Shown piece by piece: positions 1-8,664 of a DNA stretch of 20,000 nucleotides. How positions within the stretch are numbered: the first letter of the stretch is position 1; each line of letters starts with the position of its first letter. This DNA comes from Mesotaenium endlicherianum. Taxonomy: Eukaryota. Both the position numbers and the translations under genes were made by a program. The notes below the pieces were generated by a model, which did not search any database, was not told the origin of the DNA, and was given only the letters and a program-made list of their open reading frames with translations. The stretch is taken from NCBI GenBank assembly GCA_009602735.1, contig WELA01001020.1, forward strand, positions 204,932 through 224,931. Reading direction: 5' to 3'.

Positions 1-564
1 ATACATAAGCAAGGTTAGAAGACAGTGCGTATCAATGGCTTCTCGCCTTGGATTCAGAGTTCTCTCAGTAAGCTGTACAAGAGAGTTGGCCTCGTTTCCG
101 AATGCCGAACTCGAGAGCAATGCCTAGCATATGTACATGGAATGAGTTTACTGTTCAACGGTCAGTGCGATGGCACCGCCTACCCGGGAGTTAACCACGT
201 TGGTAGGACCTCGGTTAACCAAATCCACCGCCATCTCCCATCATCCCGAATAGCCATCCATCATGGGGATGTCATCTGGCCATTCATCTAGCAGGTGGTA
301 CTTAGATGCATATCAAGGCAGTTCGCTGCTACCGAGCACGGAAGTCAGCTGGCTGTCAAAGAATGTGTCAGCAAGCTGACTTAAGTTGACTTCAGCCTGC
401 TGCTTTTGGCCGAGTCATTAAACTGATACTTACGTAAAGTTCAGCAGACTGATTACTAACTAAAGTTCAGCAGATTGACTACTAACTAAAGTCCAGCAGG
501 CTGAACTACATTAACTATTATATTTAAATGAATATTATATCTACTAATATACTGATTCATTACA
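1..564 (-). repeat. 3' LTR of element 1 (partial, truncated by window edge)
   Basis: Near-identical to 8101-8664. Begins TGTAATGAATC on the minus strand at 564, directly after the PPT. Confidence 0.95.
435..507. repeat. 26-bp tandem repeat (about 2.8 copies) in LTR U3; also at 8535-8607
   Basis: TAAAGTTCAGCAGACTGATTACTAAC / TAAAGTTCAGCAGATTGACTACTAAC / TAAAGTCCAGCAGGCTGAACT. Confidence 0.85.
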
Positions 565-579
565 ATCCCTCCAACTTAA
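565..579 (-). other. Polypurine-tract-like plus-strand primer site next to the 3' LTR
   Basis: Minus strand TTAAGTTGGAGGGAT immediately before the LTR TG, preceded by a perfect 8-bp hairpin TGTTGTCG-AGG-CGACAACA (582-600). Confidence 0.75.
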
Positions 580-677
580 CTTGTTGTCGCCTCGACAACA
601 TTAAACTGCAAATGCTTTAAATAAAGAAACTGACCCTGACCAGCCTCCCTTACTGACTATCTTTTCAGCCTGTCACC

Positions 678-2354
678 TTAAGGGGTGGTTCCTGGGGCTT
701 CAGGATCAGGGGACGGAGATCTGGACCTAGATCTGGACAGCCCTCTAGGTCTGTCAGCTGGCCTTCTAAAGAACCCGGTTTGCTCTAAAGTTGGACCTCG
801 AGGAGAACGAAGGATGGTAGCCTGCTCTTCAACCACTTGGGTGTTGATGCCCACATAGACAGGCATTCCAGTAGGATGCTGAAATACATTGGCTAGAGGT
901 ACATGCCCCTGAGCGGAGGGGGAGGCTGGCATACCTCTGGCCCACCCGCGTGTCCCTCTTCTGGCACCCCTGTCCTCTGGGGATTTCTGCCTGTGTCTGC
1001 TGCCCAATACAGTCAGATCAGCTTCTTCCCCTGCTTGGGCAGGTGGGCTGTGGGAGCGAGCGCGGGCTCCAGTTGTCGCCATAACGGGGATCACATTCCA
1101 AACACCTGATCGTGGTTCTTTAAGAAGCGCCCCTACCTGTCCCTGGGTATCCTGAGTACCTGCTGCTGATGCTTCTCCTCTGCCTTGTTCTTCTTCCTCA
1201 TCCTCCTCATCCTCCTCCTCGGAGAGAGTAGGGGTCTCGTCCACTAAGTCGTCCTGCTCCCTAGTAGACATGGAGTAGTCTACCGACCTCCCTTTCTTAG
1301 GGCGCGCTGGAGGTTGCTTGGCCTTCAGCCTACTGATATCTATCCGGCCTGCATTCTTTGCCCATTTGACAAAGGCATGCTTTCCCTTAGAGAAGTACTC
1401 TCTTCCCCTCCTCCTATGTTCCTTGGTCTCTGCATTCATATTGCTCAGGCATCCATTCAGCCTGGGGTCCCAAGGGGCAATGTGAGGTGGTAGGATGAGA
1501 TAGCCGTCTAGGCCATAGTGGAAGTCATCCGGTTGGGCTCGGTCACACTCCTGCTTCTTATTTGTGACGGTCATCCACCTCCAGTCTGTTGGCTGCTGGT
1601 AGTACTGGGGTCCGTGCTCAGCCTTCCTCAGTTTACACGGGAACCAGTGGGGAGAGAACATCTGCTGTCCTGCTTCCCTGGCCAAGTACTCCCAGCTCCT
1701 TCTCTCAACTTCATTGTAAGCTGGCAGGAGTGTGAGGTAGAATACCGTATCCTTAAAGCTATCGGGCCGCATGCTCACCATCCGGATGAGTCTCTGATCT
1801 CCCACTATTCCCGGTATGGGGACCGGCTTGTCCTCTGAATCATCTGCGAGATACCGGGCCTGCTCTGCTGTATAGCCCACCATCTTAGCATAATCTTCGT
1901 AAAGGACCACGCCGGTGTGTGTCTCGATGTACCTGTCCAGTGCTGTAGCTCCTTCCTTCTGTAGCAGTGTTGTCTGTTCCAGCCTGTTGATCTCCTGGGC
2001 TGCCAGCAATGCTTCCTTCAGGTTATCGAAGTTTTGGCCACCCACCACAGTATACCTGTAAGTGGCCAAGCTCTTCTGTCTGTCCGCTTCAATCTTTTTT
2101 CTTTTCTCCTCTTCTGCCGCTGCCGCTTCTTCTTGCTGTTTCTTCTGTCTCTCCTCCTCAGCCTTCCTGAGGTTTTCCGCTTCCTGATCCTTCTTCCTCT
2201 GTGCCTCTTCTGCCGCCTCTTGTTGTTTGCGGACCCTTTCTTGTTCTCTCCTGGTGAGGGACGTCGCCGCCAGCTCCTTCTGGTATTGCTCCATTGTCCT
2301 CCTGGCTTCTTCTGCCTTGCGCTTTCTGTCCTCCTTTTGTGTGGTGGGCGCCAT
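678..2354 (-). CDS. Accessory ORF3 of the retrotransposon, about 558 aa, unknown function: charged coiled-coil N-terminus, aromatic/Pro-rich globular core, basic NLS-like patch, acidic tract, RS/SP tail
   Basis: Uninterrupted 1.7-kb sense ORF between the pol stop and the PPT. The ORF track starts at a TTG at 2378, but the in-frame ATG at 2354 follows a TGCAG splice acceptor. No hydrophobic TM segment or signal peptide. Confidence 0.8.
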   Translation of the reverse strand: MAPTTQKEDRKRKAEEARRTMEQYQKELAATSLTRREQERVRKQQEAAEEAQRKKDQEAENLRKAEEERQKKQQEEAAAAEEEKRKKIEADRQKSLATYRYTVVGGQNFDNLKEALLAAQEINRLEQTTLLQKEGATALDRYIETHTGVVLYEDYAKMVGYTAEQARYLADDSEDKPVPIPGIVGDQRLIRMVSMRPDSFKDTVFYLTLLPAYNEVERRSWEYLAREAGQQMFSPHWFPCKLRKAEHGPQYYQQPTDWRWMTVTNKKQECDRAQPDDFHYGLDGYLILPPHIAPWDPRLNGCLSNMNAETKEHRRRGREYFSKGKHAFVKWAKNAGRIDISRLKAKQPPARPKKGRSVDYSMSTREQDDLVDETPTLSEEEDEEDEEEEQGRGEASAAGTQDTQGQVGALLKEPRSGVWNVIPVMATTGARARSHSPPAQAGEEADLTVLGSRHRQKSPEDRGARRGTRGWARGMPASPSAQGHVPLANVFQHPTGMPVYVGINTQVVEEQATILRSPRGPTLEQTGFFRRPADRPRGLSRSRSRSPSPDPEAPGTTP

Positions 2355-2355
2355 C

Positions 2356-2385
2356 CTGCACATGTAACCAGGGCACAAGTTAGTA
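2356..2385 (-). promoter_or_regulatory. Predicted 3' splice site for ORF3 (branch point and acceptor)
   Basis: Minus strand TACTAAC (2385-2379) ... TGTGCAG|G-ATG. Branch A is 24 nt from the end of the AG. Second TACTAAC at 2429-2423. Confidence 0.6.
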
Positions 2386-2621
2386 GGATATGGACCTTTG
2401 TCATAGGGATTGCAGGAAGTATGTTAGTATTTAGTATAGTGGCTTCGCTGCTGTTTACCTTACAGGATGATTGCTAAAAGTTGACGTAGTTGCGATGCGC
2501 TACACATAAACGTATGAGTGTGTTTTTATCGCTCTCGCTCACTAACTGTCATATATTTTCCCCTCCAACTTAAATGGAGACAGGACCGCCTGTCACCTTC
2601 CCGTGTCAACTGAAATGACAG

Positions 2622-5600
2622 TTATGGAGGGACTCCAGCGGCCCGAAGGTGGAACCGTGTCAACGCCCCTTTGGCATTGGTCAAGTGGTCCTTAAACTCC
2701 CAAGTGTCCCCAGAGGCATCGTAACCCTTCCATCGAATGAGGTATTTCATGACATATTTAGACGATCGACGGACCGAGCGAGCGTCTAAAATCTCATCGA
2801 CCTCATATTCCTCAGGGTCGCCGTCCCGGACAGCGGGGACCGGTCCCGGTTGGACAGGGAACCGACCTGTGAACAGTGTATCACCTTTGATGTACGGTTC
2901 CAGGAAGGAGACATTAAAGACCGGGTGCCCCTTGTATTCAGCTGACATGTTCAGTTTGTAAGCATTCTGACCGACACGACGGACCACCGAATATGGACCG
3001 ACCCAGACAGGGCCAAGCTTTTTCTTGACCACACCAGGGAGGTACAGGTGCTGAGAATGCAGTTTGACTAAATCCCCCTTGGAAAATGTCAGTTCCCGAC
3101 GGTGTTGATTAGCGTATTTTTGTTGGTTTTCTTGGGCCGTGTGCAAGTTTCGTTGGACTTCTGACAGGGTGTCAGCAAACTCCTGAGTTAACTGGAGGGA
3201 GACCGGGTTGTCAATCCCTTCAGGGTGAGTTAAAGATTCCCCTAGCACATCTAGAGGAGACTTAGGGACTCTACCCAGGCTGAGTTCAAAAGGAGTTTTG
3301 CCCGTTGACGCGTGCACCGCACTGTTGACCGCAAACTGAATTTGAGGCAACAGGTCATCCCAATTATCTTGTTTTTGGTTAATATATGCTCTCAGCACCT
3401 CCTGCAGAACTCGGTTAGTTCTTTCAGTCTGCCCATCAGTCTGAGGGTGGTTTGCTGTGCTGAGCAGCTGTTTGACTCCCATTAACCCCATTAAAGCTCT
3501 CCAGAACTTAGAGGTGAATTTTGAGTCTCTGTCTGAGATGATATTAGAAGGGAGCCCATGTTGGCATACTACATGGTTGTAAAACTGTCTCGCTGTTTCG
3601 AGTGCAGTCACTTTGACAGTTGTGGGGATAAAAATGACCATTTTTGTCAGTTTATCCACGACTACCAGTATTGAATCATGCCCGTTGGCAGTTCTTGGTA
3701 GTGAGACCACCCAGTCCATGGATATAGTTTCCCAGCGTCCCGCTGGGATGGGTAGCGGTTGCAAGAGACCTCCGGGTGGTGTGTGCCGAGACTTATTTCT
3801 CTGACACTGGTCACAGGACTTGACATATTTCAAGACCTCCCGGGGTAACCCCTCCCAATGATAATGTTTTGCCAGTTTGCCAACAGTTTTGGCCTGCCCC
3901 AAATGTCCACCCAGGAGACTGTCATGAGCTTGACTCAGTAAGAGAGACCTTATTTCCAAATTATTAGGAATGACCAGCTTCAGCCTGCCTGAAGTGGTTT
4001 CAGACACCCAGACCCACCCCTTGAGCTTATACCCGAGTGCAGTAGCACGACACACAGCAGTAGTGGGGCTGGGCTCAAATGTTGGGTCAAAAAGGTAGGC
4101 TTTCCTAAGTTGTTCAAGGAAGGACTTTTTCACTTTTAGTGAAGTGAGTGCACACAGGACTTTATCTACAGTATGCTGACTAAAGTTCCTTTCTTGCAAG
4201 TCAGGTCTTCTAGAGAGTGCATCAGCAGGATTCAACTTCCCTGGTTTGTAGTCGATCTGGACTTGGAACTGCTCCAGCATCTGGCTCCAGCGGTTCTCCC
4301 TCCTCGACAGCTTGGACTTCTTCTGAAAGTGGGTCAGAGCTAGATGATCTGTAATCACCTTAAAAGCTTTACCATGTAAGTATGCTCTCCACTGTTTGAG
4401 TACATGAATGATAGCTAGCAGCTCTTTATCATGCACTGAGTAATTAATCTCCGCTGGATTAAATTTCATAGACTCATACAACACAGGATGCCACTCCTGC
4501 CGTACCTTACCATCCTTTGTGGTTTTGTCAGCAGGCTGCAACAAAATAGCACCCATGGCAAAATCAGAGGCATCAGTAACCACCTGCACCGGTTTGCTGG
4601 GGTCATACACGGCTAGCACTGGGGCAGAACAAAGGGCATCTTTAAGGGTCTGGAAGGCAGCCTGCTGCTCTTCCCCCCACACATACCCGATGTCTTTCTT
4701 AGTAAGGTCAGTCAGTTTACTGGCCTTTGTGGAATAATTCTCAATAAATCTCCTATAGTAGTTAGCCAACCCGAGGAAGGATCTAACTTCAGAGACAGAC
4801 TGTGGTACTGGCCAGTCCCTTATGGTCTGGACTTTCTTAGGATCCACACTGATGCCCTCTTTACTGACAACGTGGCCTAAGAATTCAATACTTTCCTTAA
4901 AGAAATCACACTTGCTCATTTTAGCATACAAGTGATTTTTCCGCAGAGTGTCCAGCACTTTCTTTAAGTGTTCAGTGTGCTGAGCTTCATCTTTAGAGAA
5001 AATTAAAATATCATCCAGGAAAACTTGCACAAACTTATCCAAATAAGGTCTGAAAATGTCATTCATAGCACCCATAAAGGTAGCAGGAGCATTAGTCAGT
5101 CCAAATGGCATCACGTTGAACTCATAGTGTCCATAACGTGTGCGGAAAGCAGTCTTGTGTTCATCCCCCTCAGCAATTCTGATTTGATGATAACCACTCT
5201 TGAGATCTATCTTACTGAACACCTTAGCGCCAGACAGGGTATCAAGCAAGTCCTCGATTCTGGGTAAAGCATACTTGTTCTTTACTGTAATTCTGTTCAG
5301 GGCTCTGTAATCCACACACATCCGCATACTGCCATCCTTTTTCTTAACAAATAGGATAGGTGCGCCGTACGGTGATTTACTGGGAGAAATGTAACCATTT
5401 TCCTCCAGCTCTGCAATCTGTGTTTTCAACTCCTCACTCTCCAAATAAGACAAGCCATACGTGCGTTGCCAGGGTGGCTGGCTACCAGGTAATAAATCAA
5501 TCCTATGATCTACTTCCCGCTTAGGGGGTAGTCCTGGAGGCATATTAAACACATCCGTGTACTGAGCAACAATGTTTGCAGCAGTAGGGTGTTCCGGAGG

Positions 5601-6431
5601 GTGTACCTTTTTCTCAACCACTTCTTCAGGTTGAGGAGGTACCTCTCTTAGCAGCAGACAGAACATTCTGTCTTCCTTCTGGTTCCAGCTTTTGACGAAC
5701 TCCATTGCATTCAGCAACTTGCATCCTTCTGGAAGCCTCTTCTTTTCCTTCATTTGCCATCCACACAGGACAAGAGGAAGAGCACTGGTGGGTGCCAAGT
5801 CAGTCTGCCCATCACTGGCTCCTCTCACTTTAACTGTACCTCTGCTCCAACACACTTCAGCTTGATGTCTATTAAGCCAGGACCTGCCTAGCACGAGATC
5901 ATAAAAGCCAGTGTTGAGTACCTCAAATGTAAGCGTTTCAGTTAGAACTGCAATGCCAGAACCTAACTGGACCTCAATAGGCTTGGTTATAACTCCTCCC
6001 GGGATACTTGAGGCATCTCCAAGGAATATTTTTCTATTCCCTTGGGTGACAGTAGGCAGCCTTAGCCGCTTAACTAAGTCCTTGTGGATAAAAGTATGTG
6101 ACGCCCCTCCGTCAACAAATGCCCTCACCTTCCTACCTGCAATCATGCAATGCAGTAGGATAGGGGGGACTGTCTTTTCCTGACTTTCGCATTGTTCTCC
6201 TGACGTAGCAAAGAAATGTTGGACATCAGGTGGAACAAGAGCATCCAGAGTGTGCACTCTCTGGACGTCTATATTGCTGATGGTCTCCTTTATCTGGTTG
6301 TCAGGCATGCATAGTGAATCCAGTTCAGCAGGACCCATAATACCTGCTACGAGGGCAGCTAGTGACGACTCACTATCTCTAGCATCCTCACAGTCAGTAG
6401 ACTGGATTACTGACTGTTGCTGTCTTTTAAA
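2622..6431 (-). CDS. pol: Pol polyprotein (aspartic protease, reverse transcriptase, RNase H, integrase, chromodomain), predicted Gag-Pol fusion via -1 frameshift; first in-frame ATG at 6338
   Basis: [51 protein letters not shown] zinc finger H-x6-H...CDQC, SMDW, SDRD, ERTNR, GPY; chromodomain EYEVDEILD...YLIRWKGY...DTWE. Frame open from 6452. Confidence 0.97.
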   Translation of the reverse strand, partial: FKRQQQSVIQSTDCEDARDSESSLAALVAGIMGPAELDSLCMPDNQIKETISNIDVQRVHTLDALVPPDVQHFFATSGEQCESQEKTVPPILLHCMIAGRKVRAFVDGGASHTFIHKDLVKRLRLPTVTQGNRKIFLGDASSIPGGVITKPIEVQLGSGIAVLTETLTFEVLNTGFYDLVLGRSWLNRHQAEVCWSRGTVKVRGASDGQTDLAPTSALPLVLCGWQMKEKKRLPEGCKLLNAMEFVKSWNQKEDRMFCLLLREVPPQPEEVVEKKVHPPEHPTAANIVAQYTDVFNMPPGLPPKREVDHRIDLLPGSQPPWQRTYGLSYLESEELKTQIAELEENGYISPSKSPYGAPILFVKKKDGSMRMCVDYRALNRITVKNKYALPRIEDLLDTLSGAKVFSKIDLKSGYHQIRIAEGDEHKTAFRTRYGHYEFNVMPFGLTNAPATFMGAMNDIFRPYLDKFVQVFLDDILIFSKDEAQHTEHLKKVLDTLRKNHLYAKMSKCDFFKESIEFLGHVVSKEGISVDPKKVQTIRDWPVPQSVSEVRSFLGLANYYRRFIENYSTKASKLTDLTKKDIGYVWGEEQQAAFQTLKDALCSAPVLAVYDPSKPVQVVTDASDFAMGAILLQPADKTTKDGKVRQEWHPVLYESMKFNPAEINYSVHDKELLAIIHVLKQWRAYLHGKAFKVITDHLALTHFQKKSKLSRRENRWSQMLEQFQVQIDYKPGKLNPADALSRRPDLQERNFSQHTVDKVLCALTSLKVKKSFLEQLRKAYLFDPTFEPSPTTAVCRATALGYKLKGWVWVSETTSGRLKLVIPNNLEIRSLLLSQAHDSLLGGHLGQAKTVGKLAKHYHWEGLPREVLKYVKSCDQCQRNKSRHTPPGGLLQPLPIPAGRWETISMDWVVSLPRTANGHDSILVVVDKLTKMVIFIPTTVKVTALETARQFYNHVVCQHGLPSNIISDRDSKFTSKFWRALMGLMGVKQLLSTANHPQTDGQTERTNRVLQEVLRAYINQKQDNWDDLLPQIQFAVNSAVHASTGKTPFELSLGRVPKSPLDVLGESLTHPEGIDNPVSLQLTQEFADTLSEVQRNLHTAQENQQKYANQHRRELTFSKGDLVKLHSQHLYLPGVVKKKLGPVWVGPYSVVRRVGQNAYKLNMSAEYKGHPVFNVSFLEPYIKGDTLFTGRFPVQPGPVPAVRDGDPEEYEVDEILDARSVRRSSKYVMKYLIRWKGYDASGDTWEFKDHLTNAKGALTRFHLRAAGVPP
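2650..2810 (-). other. Chromodomain at integrase C-terminus with intact aromatic-cage residues
   Basis: [44 protein letters not shown]. Confidence 0.9.
6390..6431 (-). promoter_or_regulatory. Predicted -1 programmed ribosomal frameshift signal
   Basis: In-phase heptamer U UUA AAA (6431-6425), 7-nt spacer, perfect 10-bp stem ACAGUCAGUA/UACUGACUGU with 8-nt loop. Lies in the 46-nt gag/pol overlap. Confidence 0.85.
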
Positions 6432-7885
6432 GGCTGGTCTTTTCTCTCGACCTTAGGCAGGTGCTTGACCGGACACTGTTCTCTGTAGTGGCCTTTCTGC
6501 TGACAATGGTAGCAAGTAGATTTTGCTGAGGCTGGTCTCGGCTTAGTCCTACCACCACCCCTTCCATAGCCACCTCGAGAGGGACCACCTCTACCTCTAG
6601 ACTGAATAGCATTGTACTCATACTCATATTCATCACCCTGATTATCCTCAGCCTGGTCTCCTTCAACTGCATTGTAGGAACCGTGGGGCTTTTTGACAAT
6701 CTTAGACACCAAAGCGTTACTCTGGCGCTTGTGATTGAACTGCTGCTGATCCCAGGCGTCAGCATCCTGGATCAAGTCAGCCAGTTTCTCATACTTTTTC
6801 TCAGCAAAATGACCAGAGACCTCGGATTTCAAGCCATACCTGAAGTATGCTATCCTATACCGTTCTGGCAAATCAGGCTGCTTCATCATGTTCTCTTGGA
6901 ACTTTTGAGCAAACTCAGCAACTGAAGTGGTCTGCTTCAGTGTCAGGGAGATCATCGCATAGATAGCTTTCTCCTGCTGGTTGATGACATCAAACTTCTC
7001 ATGCAACTTCTCGACAAACTCTACCCACGTAGGGTCACCGAGTTGCCGAGCCTTACGCTCTTCCTTCCAGTAAAGCCACCAGTCTGCGGCACTGCCTTTC
7101 AGTAGCGCATCGGTGTGCCTGACCTTCTCGTAATCTTGCAGTTCTGGGTAGTTCTCCAGCCACTGCTCAACATCCGCGAGAAACTTGATCAGGTAATATT
7201 TTCTGTTTCCCTCAGGATCATAGCCCTGGGGAGGTTTCGGCTTGGGCTTACTAGGCCCTCGGCCACCACCACTAGTGGTGTGAGACCCCAGTTGGTCTCT
7301 GTCCCGGAGTAGGGACATTATGATTCTTTTGTCCTCCTGCTGGGACTGATACATGGTCGCCATTTGCGACTGCATCTGAACAAACAATGCTCCCAAGTCT
7401 ACATTTTGGGGTGGTAGATTAGCAGATGCAGCAGCAGCATTGGCATCCACTCGCTGAGTAGTGTCCTCAACAGTCCCTCTTGCTCCTGCAGCAGCAATTT
7501 CTGCCGCATTCAGCCGGTCACGTATTTGACCTAGGGGTACATTGAGTTGTACGGCAGGAGGTGGGTTCAGAACATTGGCCCTTGATGCCATAAGTTCTTC
7601 AACAGTGCGCTCGTCAGCTGGCTGTCCTTCCCTCCTTTGTATATCTTCAGCGGCCTTTGCTACTTGTTCAGCTTCTAGTCTGGCTATCTCCTCCTCAGCT
7701 TGCTGAGCTGCGACTGAGGCAATAGCAGCTGCCTCATCTGCAGCCTCCCTAGCTGCAGTATCCGCTACTGCTTCCGAATAGGTACGGTTTCCCGCTACAT
7801 GGCTTTCCGCCTGGTTTTCGACATTCTCGTTATCCTGGTTCTCCATGTCTCGGGAGTTGCTAGTTTGAGACCTTGTCCTTACCAT
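6407..7885 (-). CDS. gag: Gag (capsid, RGG tract, CCHC nucleocapsid), 492 aa
   Basis: MVRTRSQ start; [46 protein letters not shown] capsid-like motifs; zinc knuckle [14 protein letters not shown]. Confidence 0.95.
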   Translation of the reverse strand: MVRTRSQTSNSRDMENQDNENVENQAESHVAGNRTYSEAVADTAAREAADEAAAIASVAAQQAEEEIARLEAEQVAKAAEDIQRREGQPADERTVEELMASRANVLNPPPAVQLNVPLGQIRDRLNAAEIAAAGARGTVEDTTQRVDANAAAASANLPPQNVDLGALFVQMQSQMATMYQSQQEDKRIIMSLLRDRDQLGSHTTSGGGRGPSKPKPKPPQGYDPEGNRKYYLIKFLADVEQWLENYPELQDYEKVRHTDALLKGSAADWWLYWKEERKARQLGDPTWVEFVEKLHEKFDVINQQEKAIYAMISLTLKQTTSVAEFAQKFQENMMKQPDLPERYRIAYFRYGLKSEVSGHFAEKKYEKLADLIQDADAWDQQQFNHKRQSNALVSKIVKKPHGSYNAVEGDQAEDNQGDEYEYEYNAIQSRGRGGPSRGGYGRGGGRTKPRPASAKSTCYHCQQKGHYREQCPVKHLPKVERKDQPLKDSNSQ

Positions 7886-7906
7886 ACAAAGAAGACTGTG
7901 ATAACT

Positions 7907-7918
7907 GCTCCGATACCA
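7907..7918 (-). other. Primer binding site, tRNA-iMet-like
   Basis: TGGTATCGGAGC 1 nt after the LTR CA end. Differs from the common plant TGGTATCAGAGC by one base (G.U-compatible). Confidence 0.85.
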
Positions 7919-7919
7919 C

Positions 7920-8664
7920 TGAAATGAATCGACTTACCAAATAGGCGATTAACAATTAATAAAGATCTTTATATCAGCAAGTAATCTTTATGGTATTTCC
8001 GTTAACTAGTTAAACGGCAAAGGACAATACACTAGCAGGGAATAATACTCGTAAGTCAAATGCGAGTAAACTAGCATCAATGATGCAAATCAGTAAACTC
8101 ATACATAAGCAAGGTTAGAAGACAGTGCGTATCAATGGCTTCTCGCCTTGGATTCAGAGTTCTCTCAGTAAGCTGTACAAGAAAGTTGGCCTCGTTTCCG
8201 AATGCCCAACTCGAGAGCAATGCCTAGCATATGTACATGGAATGAGTATACTGTTCAACGGTCAGTGCAATGGCACCGCCTACCCGGGAGTTAACCACGT
8301 TGGTAGGACCTCTGTTAACCAAATCCACCGCCATCTCCCATCATCCCGAATAGCCATCCATCATGGGGATGTCATCTGGCCATTCATCTAGCAGGTGGTA
8401 CTTAGATGCATATCAAGGCAGTTCGCTGCTACCGAGCATGGAAGTCAGCTGGCTGTCAAAGAATGTGTCAGCAAGCTGACTTAAGTTGACTTCAGCCTGC
8501 TGCTTTTGGCCGAGTCATTAAACTGATACTTATGTAAAGTTCAGCAGACTGATTACTAACTAAAGTTCAGCAGACTGACTACTAACTAAAGTCCAGCAGG
8601 CTGAACTAAATTAACTAATATATTTAAATGAATATTATATCTACTAATATACTGATTCATTACA
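7920..8664 (-). repeat. 5' LTR of element 1 (745 bp)
   Basis: TG...CA termini with 10/11 inverted repeat (TGAAATGAATC / GATTCATTACA), adjacent to the PBS. Confidence 0.95.

Larger units (their letters stand above)
1..8664 (-). mobile_element. Ty3/Gypsy LTR retrotransposon (chromovirus), element 1; intact ORFs; about 8.85 kb if the 3' LTR is full length (it runs about 180 bp off the left edge)
   Basis: Direct-repeat LTRs offset by exactly 8100 bp (1-564 vs 8101-8664; 10 substitutions counted by eye, about 98% identity). PBS, gag, pol in PR-RT-RH-INT-chromodomain order, PPT. Confidence 0.97.

Noticed and set aside
165..235. Faint resemblance of the LTR core to the 3' half of 5S rRNA (Cassandra-like) or to hammerhead/HDV ribozymes
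   Set aside because: Only scattered matches (e.g. CTCCYGGG). A-box spacing does not fit, and I found no CUGANGA/GAAA core or complete HDV topology.
25..291. 88-aa antisense ORF in the LTR (also 8125-8391, 15641-15859) with peptide similarity to ORF 8781-9029
   Set aside because: Non-ATG start and variable length between copies. The similarity is confined to the conserved nucleotide core, which is better explained by a structural or regulatory element.
678..2378. ORF3 as an envelope protein
   Set aside because: No signal peptide, transmembrane helix or Cys-rich ectodomain; strongly hydrophilic.
2018..2477. Arg-rich and Leu/Phe-rich ORFs overlapping the ORF3 N-terminus
   Set aside because: Alternative-frame and antisense shadows of the purine-rich coiled-coil coding sequence.
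2526..2624. Stop-codon readthrough from pol into ORF3
   Set aside because: The pol frame hits another TAA about 32 codons later, well before ORF3.
6095..6120. Protease active site D-G-G instead of D-S/T-G
   Set aside because: Present in both copies and a variant known from other Ty3/Gypsy proteases; not evidence of inactivation or novelty.
2737..7312. Numerous short plus-strand ORFs within gag/pol, and their equivalents in element 2
   Set aside because: Antisense shadows with no recognisable motifs; they recur only because the element is duplicated.
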